Below are positions 8,795-19,211 of a DNA stretch of 64,000 nucleotides, piece by piece (positions within the stretch are counted from its first letter, which is position 1; each line of letters opens with the position of its first letter). Position numbers and translations under genes: made by a program. The DNA comes from an uncultured Eubacteriales bacterium (GTDB lineage: Bacteria > Bacillota > Clostridia > Lachnospirales > CAZQDT01), in contig CAZWZB010000014.1 of the NCBI GenBank assembly GCA_964638835.1, forward strand, positions 18,258 through 82,257, given 5' to 3'. The notes under the pieces are model-generated. The model was not told the origin of the DNA. It worked only from the letters and a program-made list of their open reading frames with translations, and did no database searches.

Positions 8795-10357
8795 TTATTT
8801 AGCATACTCTATAGCTCTAGTTTCCCTAATTACATTAACTTTAATTTGTCCTGGGTATTCTAGTTCATTTTCTATTCTTTTAGCAGCATCTCTTGCTAAT
8901 AGTGCCATTTCTGCTTCACTAACATCTTCAGGAATAATTATTATACGTAACTCTCTACCTGCTTGTATAGCAAAAGATTTTTCCACTCCTTTAAATGAAT
9001 CTGCAATTTCTTCTAATTTTTGTAGACGCTTTATATATGTTTCTAAAGTTTCTCTTCTTGCACCTGGTCTAGCTGCAGATATTGCATCAGCTGCTTGAAC
9101 TATAACTGCAATTATAGTTTGGGGTTCTACATCTCCATGATGTGCTTCAACAGCATTAATTACTATATCTGATTCACGATATTTTTTACATAATGACACA
9201 CCAATACTTACATGAGAACCTTCTATTTCATGGTCAACTGATTTTCCTATATCATGTAGTAACCCTGCTCTTTTTGCAAGTATAACATCTGCTCCTAATT
9301 CAGCAGCTATTAAACCTGCTAGATAAGATACTTCTATAGAATGTTTTAAAACATTCTGTCCATAACTTGTTCTAAATTTCATTTTACCAAGCAAACGTAT
9401 TAGTTCTGAATGAAGTCCATGTACTCCTGTTTCAAGTGTAGCAGATTCTCCCTCTTCCTTTATTAATAAATCTACTTCTTTTCTTGCTTTTTCAACCATT
9501 TCTTCTATTCTTGCAGGATGTACTCGACCATCTACTATAAGTTTTTCTAAAGCAATTCTTGCTATCTCTCTTCTAATTGGGTCAAATCCTGATAATATTA
9601 CTGCTTCTGGTGTATCATCAATTATTAAATCAATTCCTGTAAGAGTTTCTAATGTGCGAATATTTCTTCCTTCCCTACCTATAATACGCCCCTTCATCTC
9701 ATCATTAGGTAATGAAACAACTGAAACTGTAGTTTCAGCAACATGGTCAACAGCACATCTTTGTATTGCACTTGATAATATGTCTTTAGCTTTTTTATCA
9801 GCTTCATATTTAGCTTTGGTTTCTATATCTTTAATTAAAACCGCTGCTTCATGTTTAATTTCATTTTCAATTGTCGATAATAAAAAGTCCTTAGCTTGTT
9901 CTGTTGTTAGACCAGAAATTCTCTCTAATTCTTGAATTTGTTGTTTTTGAATATTTGTAATTTCCTCTTTTGTTTTATTTACATTTTCCAATTTGATTGT
10001 CAAATCTTCCTCTTTCTTTTCAAGTAAGTCTGTTCTACGTTCTAAAGCTTCTTCTTTTTGATTTAATCTTCTTTCGAGTCTTTGTATTTCTGCTCGTCTT
10101 TCTTTTATTTCTTTGTCAAGCTCATTTTTTGTTTTTAAATTTTCTTCTTTTGCTTCTAACAAAAGTTCTTTCTTTTTTGATTCTGCTTCTTTTTGTTTTA
10201 ATTCTACTTCTTTTTTTGATTTTTCAATTATTTTTTCAGCTTCTATATTAATGTTTTTAAGTTTTTTTAATGCAAATAATAATATAAAAACAGATATAAT
10301 AATAACTACTATTCCGACTCCCAATAAAATTGAACCTATTAGGAACACCTCCTTCAT
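8795..10357 (-). CDS. rny: Ribonuclease Y
   Basis: 520 aa. N-terminal TM helix, E/K-rich coiled coil, KH motif [14 protein letters not shown] motif LLHDIGK. Confidence 0.95.
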   Translation of the reverse strand: MKEVFLIGSILLGVGIVVIIISVFILLFALKKLKNINIEAEKIIEKSKKEVELKQKEAESKKKELLLEAKEENLKTKNELDKEIKERRAEIQRLERRLNQKEEALERRTDLLEKKEEDLTIKLENVNKTKEEITNIQKQQIQELERISGLTTEQAKDFLLSTIENEIKHEAAVLIKDIETKAKYEADKKAKDILSSAIQRCAVDHVAETTVSVVSLPNDEMKGRIIGREGRNIRTLETLTGIDLIIDDTPEAVILSGFDPIRREIARIALEKLIVDGRVHPARIEEMVEKARKEVDLLIKEEGESATLETGVHGLHSELIRLLGKMKFRTSYGQNVLKHSIEVSYLAGLIAAELGADVILAKRAGLLHDIGKSVDHEIEGSHVSIGVSLCKKYRESDIVINAVEAHHGDVEPQTIIAVIVQAADAISAARPGARRETLETYIKRLQKLEEIADSFKGVEKSFAIQAGRELRIIIIPEDVSEAEMALLARDAAKRIENELEYPGQIKVNVIRETRAIEYAK

Positions 10358-10583
10358 TAAATTTTCAATGTTCTTAAAATATTATACCAAGTTTACTCTC
10401 TATAGTGAAAATTTGTCCACTATAACAATAATAATTCTGTTAATATTAATGCTTAATAATAAATTCACATCTTTATAGATTGTATAACTTTTTAAAAATT
10501 ATGTCAAGATACTTTTAATTTGTTATAAAAGTTTACATAAAGATTTATCAAATTTTATAATTAACTAAATTATAAATGAGTAT

Positions 10584-10631
10584 TAAAAAATCCAGATAAA
10601 AATATAAAAAGTTAATTTTATTTATCTGGAT
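10584..10631 (-). terminator. Intrinsic terminator after clpX
   Basis: TCCAGATAAA (10591-10600) pairs with TTTATCTGGA (10621-10630). A T-run follows on the minus strand. Confidence 0.6.
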
Positions 10632-10719
10632 TTATTTATTATCAATTAATCAATGTTATAATATATTATGCTTAGCAATGATTAAGTCAATTTAGTTCTT
10701 AACTATATTGACTATAATT

Positions 10720-11997
10720 TTAAGAAACACTTTCGTGTTTATTCATCTTCCTTCTAGGTTTTTTTAGATGTTTTTTATCAGCATTTATTATAAAGACAGG
10801 GTCTGTGTGTTTATCTATTGTTTCTTGAGTTATAATACATTTTTCAAGATTTAACATAGTAGGCATTTCATACATTATATCAGTCATTGCTTCTTCTATT
10901 ATTGCTCTAAGCCCTCTTGCTCCTGTTGACCTTTCAATTGCTTTCTTTGCTACAAGTTTTAATGCTTGTTCATCAAATTCTAGTAAAACATCATCTAATT
11001 CAAATAAATATTTGTATTGTTTTACAAGTGCATTTTTAGGCTCAGTTAATATTTTAATAAGTGCTTCTTCATCCAGACTATTTAATGTAACCATAATAGG
11101 TACTCTGCCTATAAATTCAGGGATTAAACCGAATTTAAGTAAATCTTGTGGTAACAATTGTTTTAATGTATTACTATTATTTTTTTGTGCTTTACTTTTT
11201 ATTTCAGCTCCAAAACCCATTGATTTTTTTCCAATTCTGTTTTCGATAATTTTATCTAATCCATCAAAAGCACCACCACAAATAAAAAGTATATTTGTAG
11301 TATCTATTTGTAAGAAATCTTGATGAGGATGTTTACGTCCTCCTTGAGGTGGAACAGAAGCTGTTGTACCTTCTAATATCTTTAATAATGCTTGTTGCAC
11401 TCCTTCACCACTTACATCTCTGGTTATGGATACATTTTCTGATTTTTTAGATATTTTATCTATTTCATCAATATATATTATACCTCTTTGGGCTCTTTCT
11501 ATATCATAATTTGCTGATTGGATAAGTTTTAAAAGAATATTTTCTACATCTTCTCCAACATATCCAGCTTCTGTTAATGTTGTTGCATCTGCTATAGCAA
11601 ATGGTACATTAAGTAATTTTGCTAAAGTTTGTGCTAAAAATGTTTTACCAACTCCTGTTGGACCTATAAGCAAAATATTACTTTTTTGAACTTCTATACC
11701 TTTGTTATCAGAATTAAAATTTATACGTTTATAATGATTGTATACTGCTACTGATAATGCTTTTTTAGCTTCTTCCTGTCCTATTACATATTCATCCAAT
11801 TTAGATTTTATTTCTTTTGGTTTAGGAATATCATCCATATAAAAATTTTCATCATGGTCATAAATTTCATCTTCAAGTATTTCACTACATAAATCTATAC
11901 ATTCATTACATATATAAACATTCGTTCCTGCAATTAATTTACGTACTTGTTCCTGTGATTTGCCACAAAAGGAGCATTTTATTGCTTGCTTTTCCAT
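10720..11997 (-). CDS. clpX: ATP-dependent Clp protease ATP-binding subunit ClpX
   Basis: 425 aa. N-terminal C4 zinc finger CSFCGK...CNEC, Walker A GPTGVGKT, typical AAA+ body. Confidence 0.97.
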   Translation of the reverse strand: MEKQAIKCSFCGKSQEQVRKLIAGTNVYICNECIDLCSEILEDEIYDHDENFYMDDIPKPKEIKSKLDEYVIGQEEAKKALSVAVYNHYKRINFNSDNKGIEVQKSNILLIGPTGVGKTFLAQTLAKLLNVPFAIADATTLTEAGYVGEDVENILLKLIQSANYDIERAQRGIIYIDEIDKISKKSENVSITRDVSGEGVQQALLKILEGTTASVPPQGGRKHPHQDFLQIDTTNILFICGGAFDGLDKIIENRIGKKSMGFGAEIKSKAQKNNSNTLKQLLPQDLLKFGLIPEFIGRVPIMVTLNSLDEEALIKILTEPKNALVKQYKYLFELDDVLLEFDEQALKLVAKKAIERSTGARGLRAIIEEAMTDIMYEMPTMLNLEKCIITQETIDKHTDPVFIINADKKHLKKPRRKMNKHESVS

Positions 11998-12120
11998 TTA
12001 TTCACCTCATAAAATAACTAATCCTCTTAAAATAAAGAGGAAAGTCATAAATTTTTTATTTTTTACAAATGTTTAAATATAACATTATTTATATTAAACA
12101 ATTTCTTTTAGTATCTTTTG

Positions 12121-12291
12121 TTATTCTCCGTTGTCAGAAATTTCTTTTTCAACTATTTCGCTACATAAATTTATACATTCATTACATATATAAATATCTA
12201 TTCCTACAAAATTAACCGTACCTGTAATTAGTACACGAACTTCCTCTTGTGATTTACCACAAAAAGAACATTTTAGTGTTTGTTTTTCCAT
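12121..12291 (-). CDS. Stand-alone ClpX-type C4 zinc-binding domain protein (56 aa)
   Basis: Below the track's length cutoff. [56 protein letters not shown] aligns to ClpX residues 1-50 and keeps all four Cys. It has the same SD context as clpX (ATGAGGTGAATAA-ATG). It is part of a diverged ~290-bp tandem duplication of the clpX 5' end. Confidence 0.6.
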   Translation of the reverse strand: MEKQTLKCSFCGKSQEEVRVLITGTVNFVGIDIYICNECINLCSEIVEKEISDNGE

Positions 12292-12355
12292 TTATTCACC
12301 TCATAAAATAACTACTTCTTTTAAAATAAATAGGAAAAATTATATATTTTTACTT

Positions 12356-12940
12356 TTATAAACGTTTAGATATAACATCATCTATTAAACCATATTTTTT
12401 AGCATCTTCTGCTGACATATAGTTATCTCTTTCAGTATCTCTAGTTATTTCTTCTACGGATTTTCCTGTATTATTACTTAATATTTGATTAAGTTTTCTT
12501 TTGATTTTTAATATTTGTTCTGCTTGTATTTGAATTTCAGTAGCTTGCCCTCTTGCTCCTCCTAATGGTTGATGTATCATAACTTCAGCATTAGGTAATG
12601 CAAACCTTTTTCCTTTTGTTCCTCCTGCTAATAAAAATGCTCCCATACTAGCAGCCATTCCTATACATATAGTTGAAACGTCTGGTTTAATAAATTGCAT
12701 TGTATCATATATAGCAAATCCAGCAGTTACAGAACCTCCCGGACTATTTATATATAAATTAATATCTTTGTCAGGGTCTTCAGCTTCAAGAAATAGCATT
12801 TGAGCTACTACTAAACTTGCTGTTACATCATTTACTTCCTCACCAAGAAAAATTATTCTATCTTTTAAAAGCCTTGAATAAATATCATAAGAGCGTTCTC
12901 CACGATTTGTTTGTTCTACTACCATTGGAACTAAACTCAT
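12356..12940 (-). CDS. clpP: ATP-dependent Clp protease proteolytic subunit ClpP
   Basis: 194 aa with [11 protein letters not shown] (catalytic Ser) and MIHQPLGG (His). Confidence 0.97.
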   Translation of the reverse strand: MSLVPMVVEQTNRGERSYDIYSRLLKDRIIFLGEEVNDVTASLVVAQMLFLEAEDPDKDINLYINSPGGSVTAGFAIYDTMQFIKPDVSTICIGMAASMGAFLLAGGTKGKRFALPNAEVMIHQPLGGARGQATEIQIQAEQILKIKRKLNQILSNNTGKSVEEITRDTERDNYMSAEDAKKYGLIDDVISKRL

Positions 12941-12975
12941 ATGTAATCCTCCTTCATTAGTATTTTTATTATTAA

Positions 12976-14262
12976 TTAAACTTCAACTGCATTATTTAAT
13001 ACAAAATCTAAAGCTTTTTGAACTTTTATATCAACTGCAAGAGCTTCTTTTTCTTGAGGTCTCATCATTGATTTAAGCTTTTCTTTTTCCATTTTATATG
13101 CATCTGACATTCTTTCATATTCAGTTTCAAAATCTTCATCTGAAATTTCAAAATCTTCTTTTTCTGAAATTGCTGTAAGAACAAGTCTAGCTTTGATGTT
13201 AAATTCTGATTGTTCATCAAAACTTGATTTAAATTCTTCTTTAGTTTGCCCAATATATTGTAAATACATATCAATAGGTAAACCTTGTGTTTGTAATCTT
13301 TTAGCATAGTCATTAACCATTTGTTCTGAATATTCATCTATCATTACTTTAGGAACATTTATAGTTGCATTTTCAATAACTTTTTCTAAAACTTTTACTT
13401 CTTTTTCTTGTTTTGCAGCTTTTTCTTTTTGTTCTACTAGTTTAGCCTTTAGATTAGATTTATATTCATCTAATGTATTAAACTCTGAAACATCTTGAGC
13501 AAACTCATCATCCAAATTTGGAAGCTCTTTATATTTTATATCTTTTATTTCAACTTTAAACAATGCTGGTTTACCTGCTAATTCTTTATTTGTATAATCT
13601 TCAGGGAAAGTAACATTAACTTCTACATCATCAGCTAAATTTTTACCAATTAATTGTTCTTCAAATGTATCTATAAATGTTTTACTACCAAGTGTTAAAT
13701 CATAATCTTCACCTTTACCACCTTCAAACGCAACATCATCAATAAAACCTTCAAAATCTATAGTAACTACATCTCCATTTTGTGTAGGGCGGTCATTAAC
13801 TGATATTAATCTTGAATTTTTATCTTGTACCTTTTTAAGTTCTGCTTCAATATCTTCATCTTTAACTTCAATATCTAATTTAGATATTTCAACACCCTTA
13901 TATTCTCCAAGTGTAACTTCTGGTTTTACGGCAACTTCTGCTGTAAAAACAAAATTTCCTTCTGGTTTTACATCTTCAAAATCTATTATTGGTTTTGAAA
14001 CCACTTCTAAATTATGTTCTTTTATTGCATCTGAATATGCTATAGGAACAACATAGTTTATAGCATCATCATAAAATACTTCTTTCCCATATTGAGTTTC
14101 TATAATTTTTCTAGGAGCTTTTCCCTTTCTGAAACCTTGAAGATTTATTTTAGATTTATTTTTATTATAAGAATATTTCATACCTTCTTCAAATTGTGCG
14201 GAATCAACCTCAATTGTTAATTTCACCATATTATTTTCTAACTTTTCCAAACTTGAACTCAT
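12976..14262 (-). CDS. tig: Trigger factor
   Basis: Trigger-factor N-terminal, FKBP-like and C-terminal regions ([11 protein letters not shown] motif). Start trimmed to ATG 14262, preceded by AAGGAGGAA. Confidence 0.95.
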   Translation of the reverse strand: MSSSLEKLENNMVKLTIEVDSAQFEEGMKYSYNKNKSKINLQGFRKGKAPRKIIETQYGKEVFYDDAINYVVPIAYSDAIKEHNLEVVSKPIIDFEDVKPEGNFVFTAEVAVKPEVTLGEYKGVEISKLDIEVKDEDIEAELKKVQDKNSRLISVNDRPTQNGDVVTIDFEGFIDDVAFEGGKGEDYDLTLGSKTFIDTFEEQLIGKNLADDVEVNVTFPEDYTNKELAGKPALFKVEIKDIKYKELPNLDDEFAQDVSEFNTLDEYKSNLKAKLVEQKEKAAKQEKEVKVLEKVIENATINVPKVMIDEYSEQMVNDYAKRLQTQGLPIDMYLQYIGQTKEEFKSSFDEQSEFNIKARLVLTAISEKEDFEISDEDFETEYERMSDAYKMEKEKLKSMMRPQEKEALAVDIKVQKALDFVLNNAVEV

Positions 14263-14654
14263 AAAATTTAGTTCCTCCTTAAAATCTATACATTCATTCA
14301 TAAATTTAATACTTTTTGTTAAAATTAATTTTTATATATTTTGTCCACAAAAAAGTATAAAGTCAATACATAATTTTACATATGTATATTCATTCTTGTA
14401 TTATATCATAAGTAAAATATAAAATCTATAATAAATTAAATATTTTGTTATAAAGTATTTTAAAAATTATATTATGTCCAAAATTTTTATACTTAATACT
14501 AAAAAATTAGTAAAGCTACTTTAAAAACATATATTCAATGTAATTATAAGCAACTATATTGATTCTATGTAAGGACACAAAATTAAAAATCTATGTAAGA
14601 GTAAAAATTAATTTTATCTTTGTAATTTTAAATTCACTAAATATAGTAATATTA

Positions 14655-14766
14655 CTTTTATTTTTTTTGTTTAAAGTTGTGTCGCACTCATAAATGAGTG
14701 CGACACAAGATTGATTTTAAATTTTACTTTTTCATTATTATTTTTTATTTTAATTATTATATTAGC
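14655..14766 (-). repeat. GCACTC-palindrome element, copy C (family 1)
   Basis: Hairpin 14679-14706, GTGTCGCACTCATAAATGAGTGCGACAC. The flanks match the reverse complement of copy A. Confidence 0.8.
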
Positions 14767-14899
14767 ATCACTAATCTTTTAAATTTATTGGATTTATATT
14801 TACAAATTAAAAAAGTTAAACCCTAAATATTTAATAAGATATAGTTATTTATTAAAAAATTTATGTTTACAAATCAAAAATTTGTGTTATAATATAATT

Positions 14900-14987
14900 A
14901 TTAAAGGGTAATCGACCACAATAGTGGTTAGCCTCGTTTGTTAGTGAAAATAACGCCTGACGGCAAAGACAGGGCGTTATTTTTTTG
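14900..14987 (+). ncRNA. Candidate type I antitoxin sRNA, copy 1 (ends estimated)
   Basis: Promoter TTTACA (14866-14871), 16 nt, TGtTATAAT (-10 at 14888-14893). Terminator AACGCCTG..CAGGGCGTT plus a T-run ends near 14987. Antisense to the 3' end and 3' UTR of the toxin ORF. Confidence 0.45.
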
Positions 14988-15075
14988 TGTTATTATTCCT
15001 ATCTAAATAGGAGATAAGAGCAATAAGCAACATTCCAAAAGTAAAAATTAACATTAATACTTCAAATGTACTCAT
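14977..15075 (-). CDS. Type I toxin-like hydrophobic peptide, copy 1 (32 aa, Hol-Tox / BsrG-TxpA-like)
   Basis: MSTFEVLMLIFTFGMLLIALISYLDRNNNTKK, with SD GAGGAGGTGG 5 nt upstream. A single TM helix is followed by a basic tail. The N-terminal MSTFE.L.L...FG resembles the holin-like toxin family. Confidence 0.6.
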   Translation of the reverse strand: MSTFEVLMLIFTFGMLLIALISYLDRNNNTKK

Positions 15076-15381
15076 GCACACCACCTCCTCTCTTTTGCGA
15101 GATTAGAGGCTATTATTACTTTATATTACAACAAAAATTTTATATCCATGAAATGGAATTATTTAAAACTTTTAAAACACAAGCAAATTATAATAATATT
15201 ACTAGATTTATTTAATTGGTAGTGATAAAATTATATGTAGCGATAATTTATAGATACCAGTTAAAAAGTTAAACCCTAAATATTTAAAATAATATTTAGG
15301 GTCTTTATATATTTAATGAGATATAGTTATTTATTAAAAAATTTATGTTTACAAATCAAAAATTTGTGTTATAATATAATT

Positions 15382-15469
15382 ATTAAAGGGTAATCGACCA
15401 CAATAGTGGTTAGCCTCGTTTGTTAGTGAAAATAACGCCTGACGGCAAAGACAGGGCGTTATTTTTTTG
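15382..15469 (+). ncRNA. Candidate type I antitoxin sRNA, copy 2 (ends estimated)
   Basis: Same promoter (TTTACA at 15348-15353) and terminator as copy 1, shifted by 482 nt. Confidence 0.45.
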
Positions 15470-15557
15470 TGTTATTATTCCTATCTAAATAGGAGATAAG
15501 AGCAATAAGCAACATTCCAAAAGTAAAAATTAACATTAATACTTCAAATGTACTCAT
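15459..15557 (-). CDS. Type I toxin-like hydrophobic peptide, copy 2 (32 aa)
   Basis: ORF and SD identical to copy 1, at the +482 offset. Confidence 0.6.
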   Translation of the reverse strand: MSTFEVLMLIFTFGMLLIALISYLDRNNNTKK

Positions 15558-15727
15558 GCACACCACCTCCTCTCTTTTGCGAGATTAGAGGCTATTATTA
15601 CTTTATATTACAACAAAAATTTTATATCCGTGAAATTGAATTATTTAAAACTTTTAAAACACAAGCAAATTAATATCACTAGACTTATTTAATTGGTAGT
15701 GATAAAATTATATGTAGAGGTGATTTT

Positions 15728-16774
15728 GTGAGTTTAAAAGGAGTACAAGTAATATATAAAAAAAATAATGATATAAATTATAAATCATCTATAACATATA
15801 GAAATAAACATATTAGTTTAGGTAGTTATAATAGTGCTGAAATTGCTAATAAAGTTTATTTAGAAGCTTATGATATTGTTTTTAATTGTAAATATAAAAT
15901 AATTGACTTTTCAAAAGATATGTTAATCCATTTTGAAAAATGGGTTATACTACACAACTTTAGAGATAATAATTATTATATTAGCACTCCTATATATTTA
16001 TATAAATCTTACTTTTGTTATCATTTAAATGAACATATTGAATTTAAATTTGATACACAAGATTTATTTTTCTATGCAATTCATAAAATTCATTTTAGAA
16101 ATGGGCATTATTATATAAATGACCATGGTCAACAGATTAATATACTTTCCCGATATAATATAAAAAACTACTCTATAATAGGAAAAGATTATTATTTTAA
16201 AAATGGAGATATCTATGATTTTAGACGTTTAAATTTAGAAATAATAAATAAATATAATGGAGTTACAAAAACGCTGAAAAAAAATAAAACTGTATATAAC
16301 TGTCATATATATAATAAAGGCAGTATATTAGTTGGTATATACGCCACAGAAATCGAAGCTGCTATAGCTTATAATAAAGCAATAAATTTATTAAAGTTAG
16401 TTGGAATTGATAAAGAAGATAATAAAAATTATATCCATTCATTAAACAAAGAAGAATATAAAGAATTGTACAAAAAAGTTAAAATATCAAATAATATTAT
16501 AATCAAATCAAAACAAAAAAGACCTATAAGATTTTTAAATTATACAGGAGTATATCAGCAAAAAACAGGTTACAGAGCTTATATTGGCTATAATTATAAA
16601 CATATTTATTTAGGAATGTATGCTACAGAAAAACAAGCAGCACAAGCATATAACCAAGCAGCATTAATACTATATGGTAGTAAAGCTAATTTAAATCATA
16701 CACTTCCTACAGTGAATTCTAATGATTATAATAAAATTTTAAATAAAATCAAGCGTGTTTTTCCTGATATTTAA
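15728..16774 (+). CDS. Protein with three AP2/ERF-like DNA-binding modules and no other recognisable domain
   Basis: 348 aa with a GTG start after GAGGTGA. The clearest AP2 module is YTGVYQQKTGYRAYIGYNYKHIYLGMYATEKQAAQAYNQAALILYGSKANLN. Weaker copies are KGVQVIYKK...ISLGSYNSAEIANKVYLEAY and YNGVTKT...ILVGIYATEIEAAIAYNKAINLL. Confidence 0.65.
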   Translation: MSLKGVQVIYKKNNDINYKSSITYRNKHISLGSYNSAEIANKVYLEAYDIVFNCKYKIIDFSKDMLIHFEKWVILHNFRDNNYYISTPIYLYKSYFCYHLNEHIEFKFDTQDLFFYAIHKIHFRNGHYYINDHGQQINILSRYNIKNYSIIGKDYYFKNGDIYDFRRLNLEIINKYNGVTKTLKKNKTVYNCHIYNKGSILVGIYATEIEAAIAYNKAINLLKLVGIDKEDNKNYIHSLNKEEYKELYKKVKISNNIIIKSKQKRPIRFLNYTGVYQQKTGYRAYIGYNYKHIYLGMYATEKQAAQAYNQAALILYGSKANLNHTLPTVNSNDYNKILNKIKRVFPDI

Positions 16775-16805
16775 TATTAATCAAAATAAGAAAGGATTTT
16801 AAATA

Positions 16806-17264
16806 ATGATTACAATTGATATAGTAAATAATAAAAATTTTATGAACGCTTTAATGAAAGAAGATATATTTGATAATTTTGAAGTTAGAAATATCGAAAT
16901 AAATACCTTTACTAAATTTGAAATTTCAGGTATATTAAATAAAAGTTACTTTTCATTAGATGAACAAGAAACTATAAATCGAAACTTTTGCTTATGGAAA
17001 GAATTAAAACCAATAGTATTTGGCTTAATAAAAGGCAGTATTAAACCTAAATCTATTAAAATAATATTTTCTTATGATACTAATAAATTAGAAGAGTTTG
17101 ATAATAATGCTTCAGCTCTTTTTTTAAATATTGTATTTGAAGACAACAAAATAATATGTACTACTGGTTCATCACAAAAAGTATTCTCACTTGATAGAAA
17201 CGTAGAAACTAAATGGGATATATATATAGGTAACTTTTTTAACAATGAAATAAAAGATTTATAA
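16806..17264 (+). CDS. Hypothetical protein (152 aa), no motif recognised
   Basis: Good SD (AGAAAGGA). 31 nt after the AP2 gene and 25 nt before the RNA ligase gene. Acidic and probably soluble. Confidence 0.5.
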   Translation: MITIDIVNNKNFMNALMKEDIFDNFEVRNIEINTFTKFEISGILNKSYFSLDEQETINRNFCLWKELKPIVFGLIKGSIKPKSIKIIFSYDTNKLEEFDNNASALFLNIVFEDNKIICTTGSSQKVFSLDRNVETKWDIYIGNFFNNEIKDL

Positions 17265-17289
17265 ATAAATGTTGTAAAGGAGATATATT

Positions 17290-18306
17290 ATGCGAAAATT
17301 GGCTATAATTAGAAAAATTAAAGCCATTAAACCAATAGAAAAAGCAGATTCTATTGAAGTTGCTATTGTGGATGGTTGGGAATGTATTATAAAAAAATCT
17401 GAAAATTTTAAAGTTAATGATTTGATTGTTTACATAGAAATAGATAGTATATTACCTGAACTACCTATTTTTGAGTTTTTAAGAGATAGAAAATTTAAAG
17501 TTAAAACTATAAAACTAAGAGGTCAAATATCTCAAGGTTTAGTATTACCATTAAATATACTACCAGATGGTGTTTATAATGAGGGTGATAATGTTACAGA
17601 TATACTTGAAATAAAAAAAGATGACCCTCAATTAGAAGAAGAAAAGCAGAAAGGCGAAAAAAATTTTCCTGATTGGATTATTAAAACAGATGAAGAACGA
17701 ATACAAAATATTCCTAAACTATTTGAAGCAGAAAAGCAAAATAATACAGAATTTATAGTTACCGAAAAAATAGATGGATGTTCTGCTACATATTACTTAC
17801 AACGAATAGATGATGAATTTAAATTTGGTGTTTGCAGTAGAAATTATGATATAACAAATGATACAAAAAATCCTAGTTCATATTGGTATATTGCTAATAA
17901 ATATGATATTGAAAATGTATTAAGAATTCTTATTGGTAATGATGATAGAATTATTTTGCAAGGTGAAATAATAGGTTGTGATAGTGAGCATATTGGAATA
18001 AAATCTATACAAAGTAATAAGTATAAACTTAAAGGATTTGACTTTTATGCTTTTAATTTAATATATTCAGATATAAAGATAAATACTATTGAGATGGTAG
18101 AATTATTAAAACCATTTAATATTAAAGTAGTACCTATTTTAGAAACAAATTTTAAACTAAAAGATACTATATCTGAAATGGTTAACTATTCAAAAGGTAT
18201 TTCTATTTTGCATAATACAAAACGTGAAGGTTGTATATTTAGAAATTATGAAAGAAATATAAGTTTTAAAGTAATTAATCCTGATTTTTTATTAGCAGAA
18301 AAATAA
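17290..18306 (+). CDS. ATP-dependent RNA ligase, DraRnl (DRB0094) / Rnl5-like
   Basis: 338 aa. N-terminal OB-like domain (IEKADSIEVAIVDGWECIIKK...LIVYIEIDSILPE). Nucleotidyltransferase motifs I TEKIDGCS, III ILQGEIIG, IV FYAFNL, V REGCIFR..SFKVINPDFL. Confidence 0.75.
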   Translation: MRKLAIIRKIKAIKPIEKADSIEVAIVDGWECIIKKSENFKVNDLIVYIEIDSILPELPIFEFLRDRKFKVKTIKLRGQISQGLVLPLNILPDGVYNEGDNVTDILEIKKDDPQLEEEKQKGEKNFPDWIIKTDEERIQNIPKLFEAEKQNNTEFIVTEKIDGCSATYYLQRIDDEFKFGVCSRNYDITNDTKNPSSYWYIANKYDIENVLRILIGNDDRIILQGEIIGCDSEHIGIKSIQSNKYKLKGFDFYAFNLIYSDIKINTIEMVELLKPFNIKVVPILETNFKLKDTISEMVNYSKGISILHNTKREGCIFRNYERNISFKVINPDFLLAEK

Positions 18307-18377
18307 TTAATTATATAAATATAGATTAACTTTGTTAATATTTTTTAAAAACATGAAATAATATAAATTATTATGAA

Positions 18378-18416
18378 ATATAAGAGATGGTATTTTTATC
18401 ATCTCTTATATTTTTC
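18378..18416 (+). terminator. Intrinsic terminator after the RNA ligase gene
   Basis: AATATAAGAGATG / CATCTCTTATATT stem followed by TTTT. Confidence 0.7.
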
Positions 18417-18503
18417 ACTTATATTTCAATAATAATTTATTTAGTGTTCACATAAAAATCACTTTTATATTTTAAACTTAAATTTACAAAAGGAGGTGCT
18501 AAA

Positions 18504-19169
18504 ATGAGGCATGAATTTAAATATTACATTAATTTTTCAGATTATATAACTATTAAAAATAAGCTTAAGTACATTATGAAAATTGATAGTAATGCAAATG
18601 AAAACGGAGAATATAAAATTCGTAGTATTTATTTTGATAATTATGATGATAAAGTATTATTTGAAAAAATAAATGGTTTTAATAGAAGAGATAAATTTAG
18701 AATAAGGTTTTATAATGATGATTATTCATTTATTAAGCTTGAAAAAAAATCAAAAGTAAATAATTTATGTGAAAAAATCAGTTCAAAAATATCTAAAGAA
18801 GAATGTAAAAGTATTTTTTTGGGGGAAATTGAATTTTTAAAAAATAATACTCCTATTTTCAATGAACTTTATATAAAGATGGTAAATGAAAGGCAGAAGC
18901 CCAAAACTATAGTTGATTATATAAGAGAAGCTTATATTTATGATGTATCAAATGTAAGAATAACTTTTGACAAATCAGTTAGAACAGGATTAAGTAACAC
19001 AAATATTTTTGAATTTAATTCAACTATAGAAATTTTAGATTCTAACTATATTATTTTAGAAGTAAAATATGATAAATTTTTACCTGAAATAATAGCTAAC
19101 TTAATACAAATTGGAGAGAGGTCTAAAACAGCTATTTCAAAATATGCATTATGTAGAATGTATATTTAA
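18504..19169 (+). CDS. VTC-domain (polyphosphate polymerase-like, triphosphate-tunnel) protein
   Basis: 221 aa. MRHEFKYYIN...YKIRSIYFDNYDD...FRIRFYN...LEKK pattern typical of bacterial VTC-domain proteins. Confidence 0.75.
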   Translation: MRHEFKYYINFSDYITIKNKLKYIMKIDSNANENGEYKIRSIYFDNYDDKVLFEKINGFNRRDKFRIRFYNDDYSFIKLEKKSKVNNLCEKISSKISKEECKSIFLGEIEFLKNNTPIFNELYIKMVNERQKPKTIVDYIREAYIYDVSNVRITFDKSVRTGLSNTNIFEFNSTIEILDSNYIILEVKYDKFLPEIIANLIQIGERSKTAISKYALCRMYI

Positions 19170-19211
19170 TAAATTTAAAAATATACAAATTTTATTTTGG
19201 AGGTAATATTT

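Larger units (their letters stand above)
14806..15720. repeat. Tandem direct duplication, two ~450-480-bp units with a 482-bp period
   Basis: Matching landmarks sit at a constant 482-nt offset: TTTACA at 14866 and 15348; toxin ATG at 15075 and 15557. The units are nearly identical. Unit 2 has a ~28-nt hairpin insertion (ACCCTAAATATT..AATATTTAGGGT, about 15270-15305), and there are a few substitutions and indels at 15150-15230 versus 15630-15700. Confidence 0.9.
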
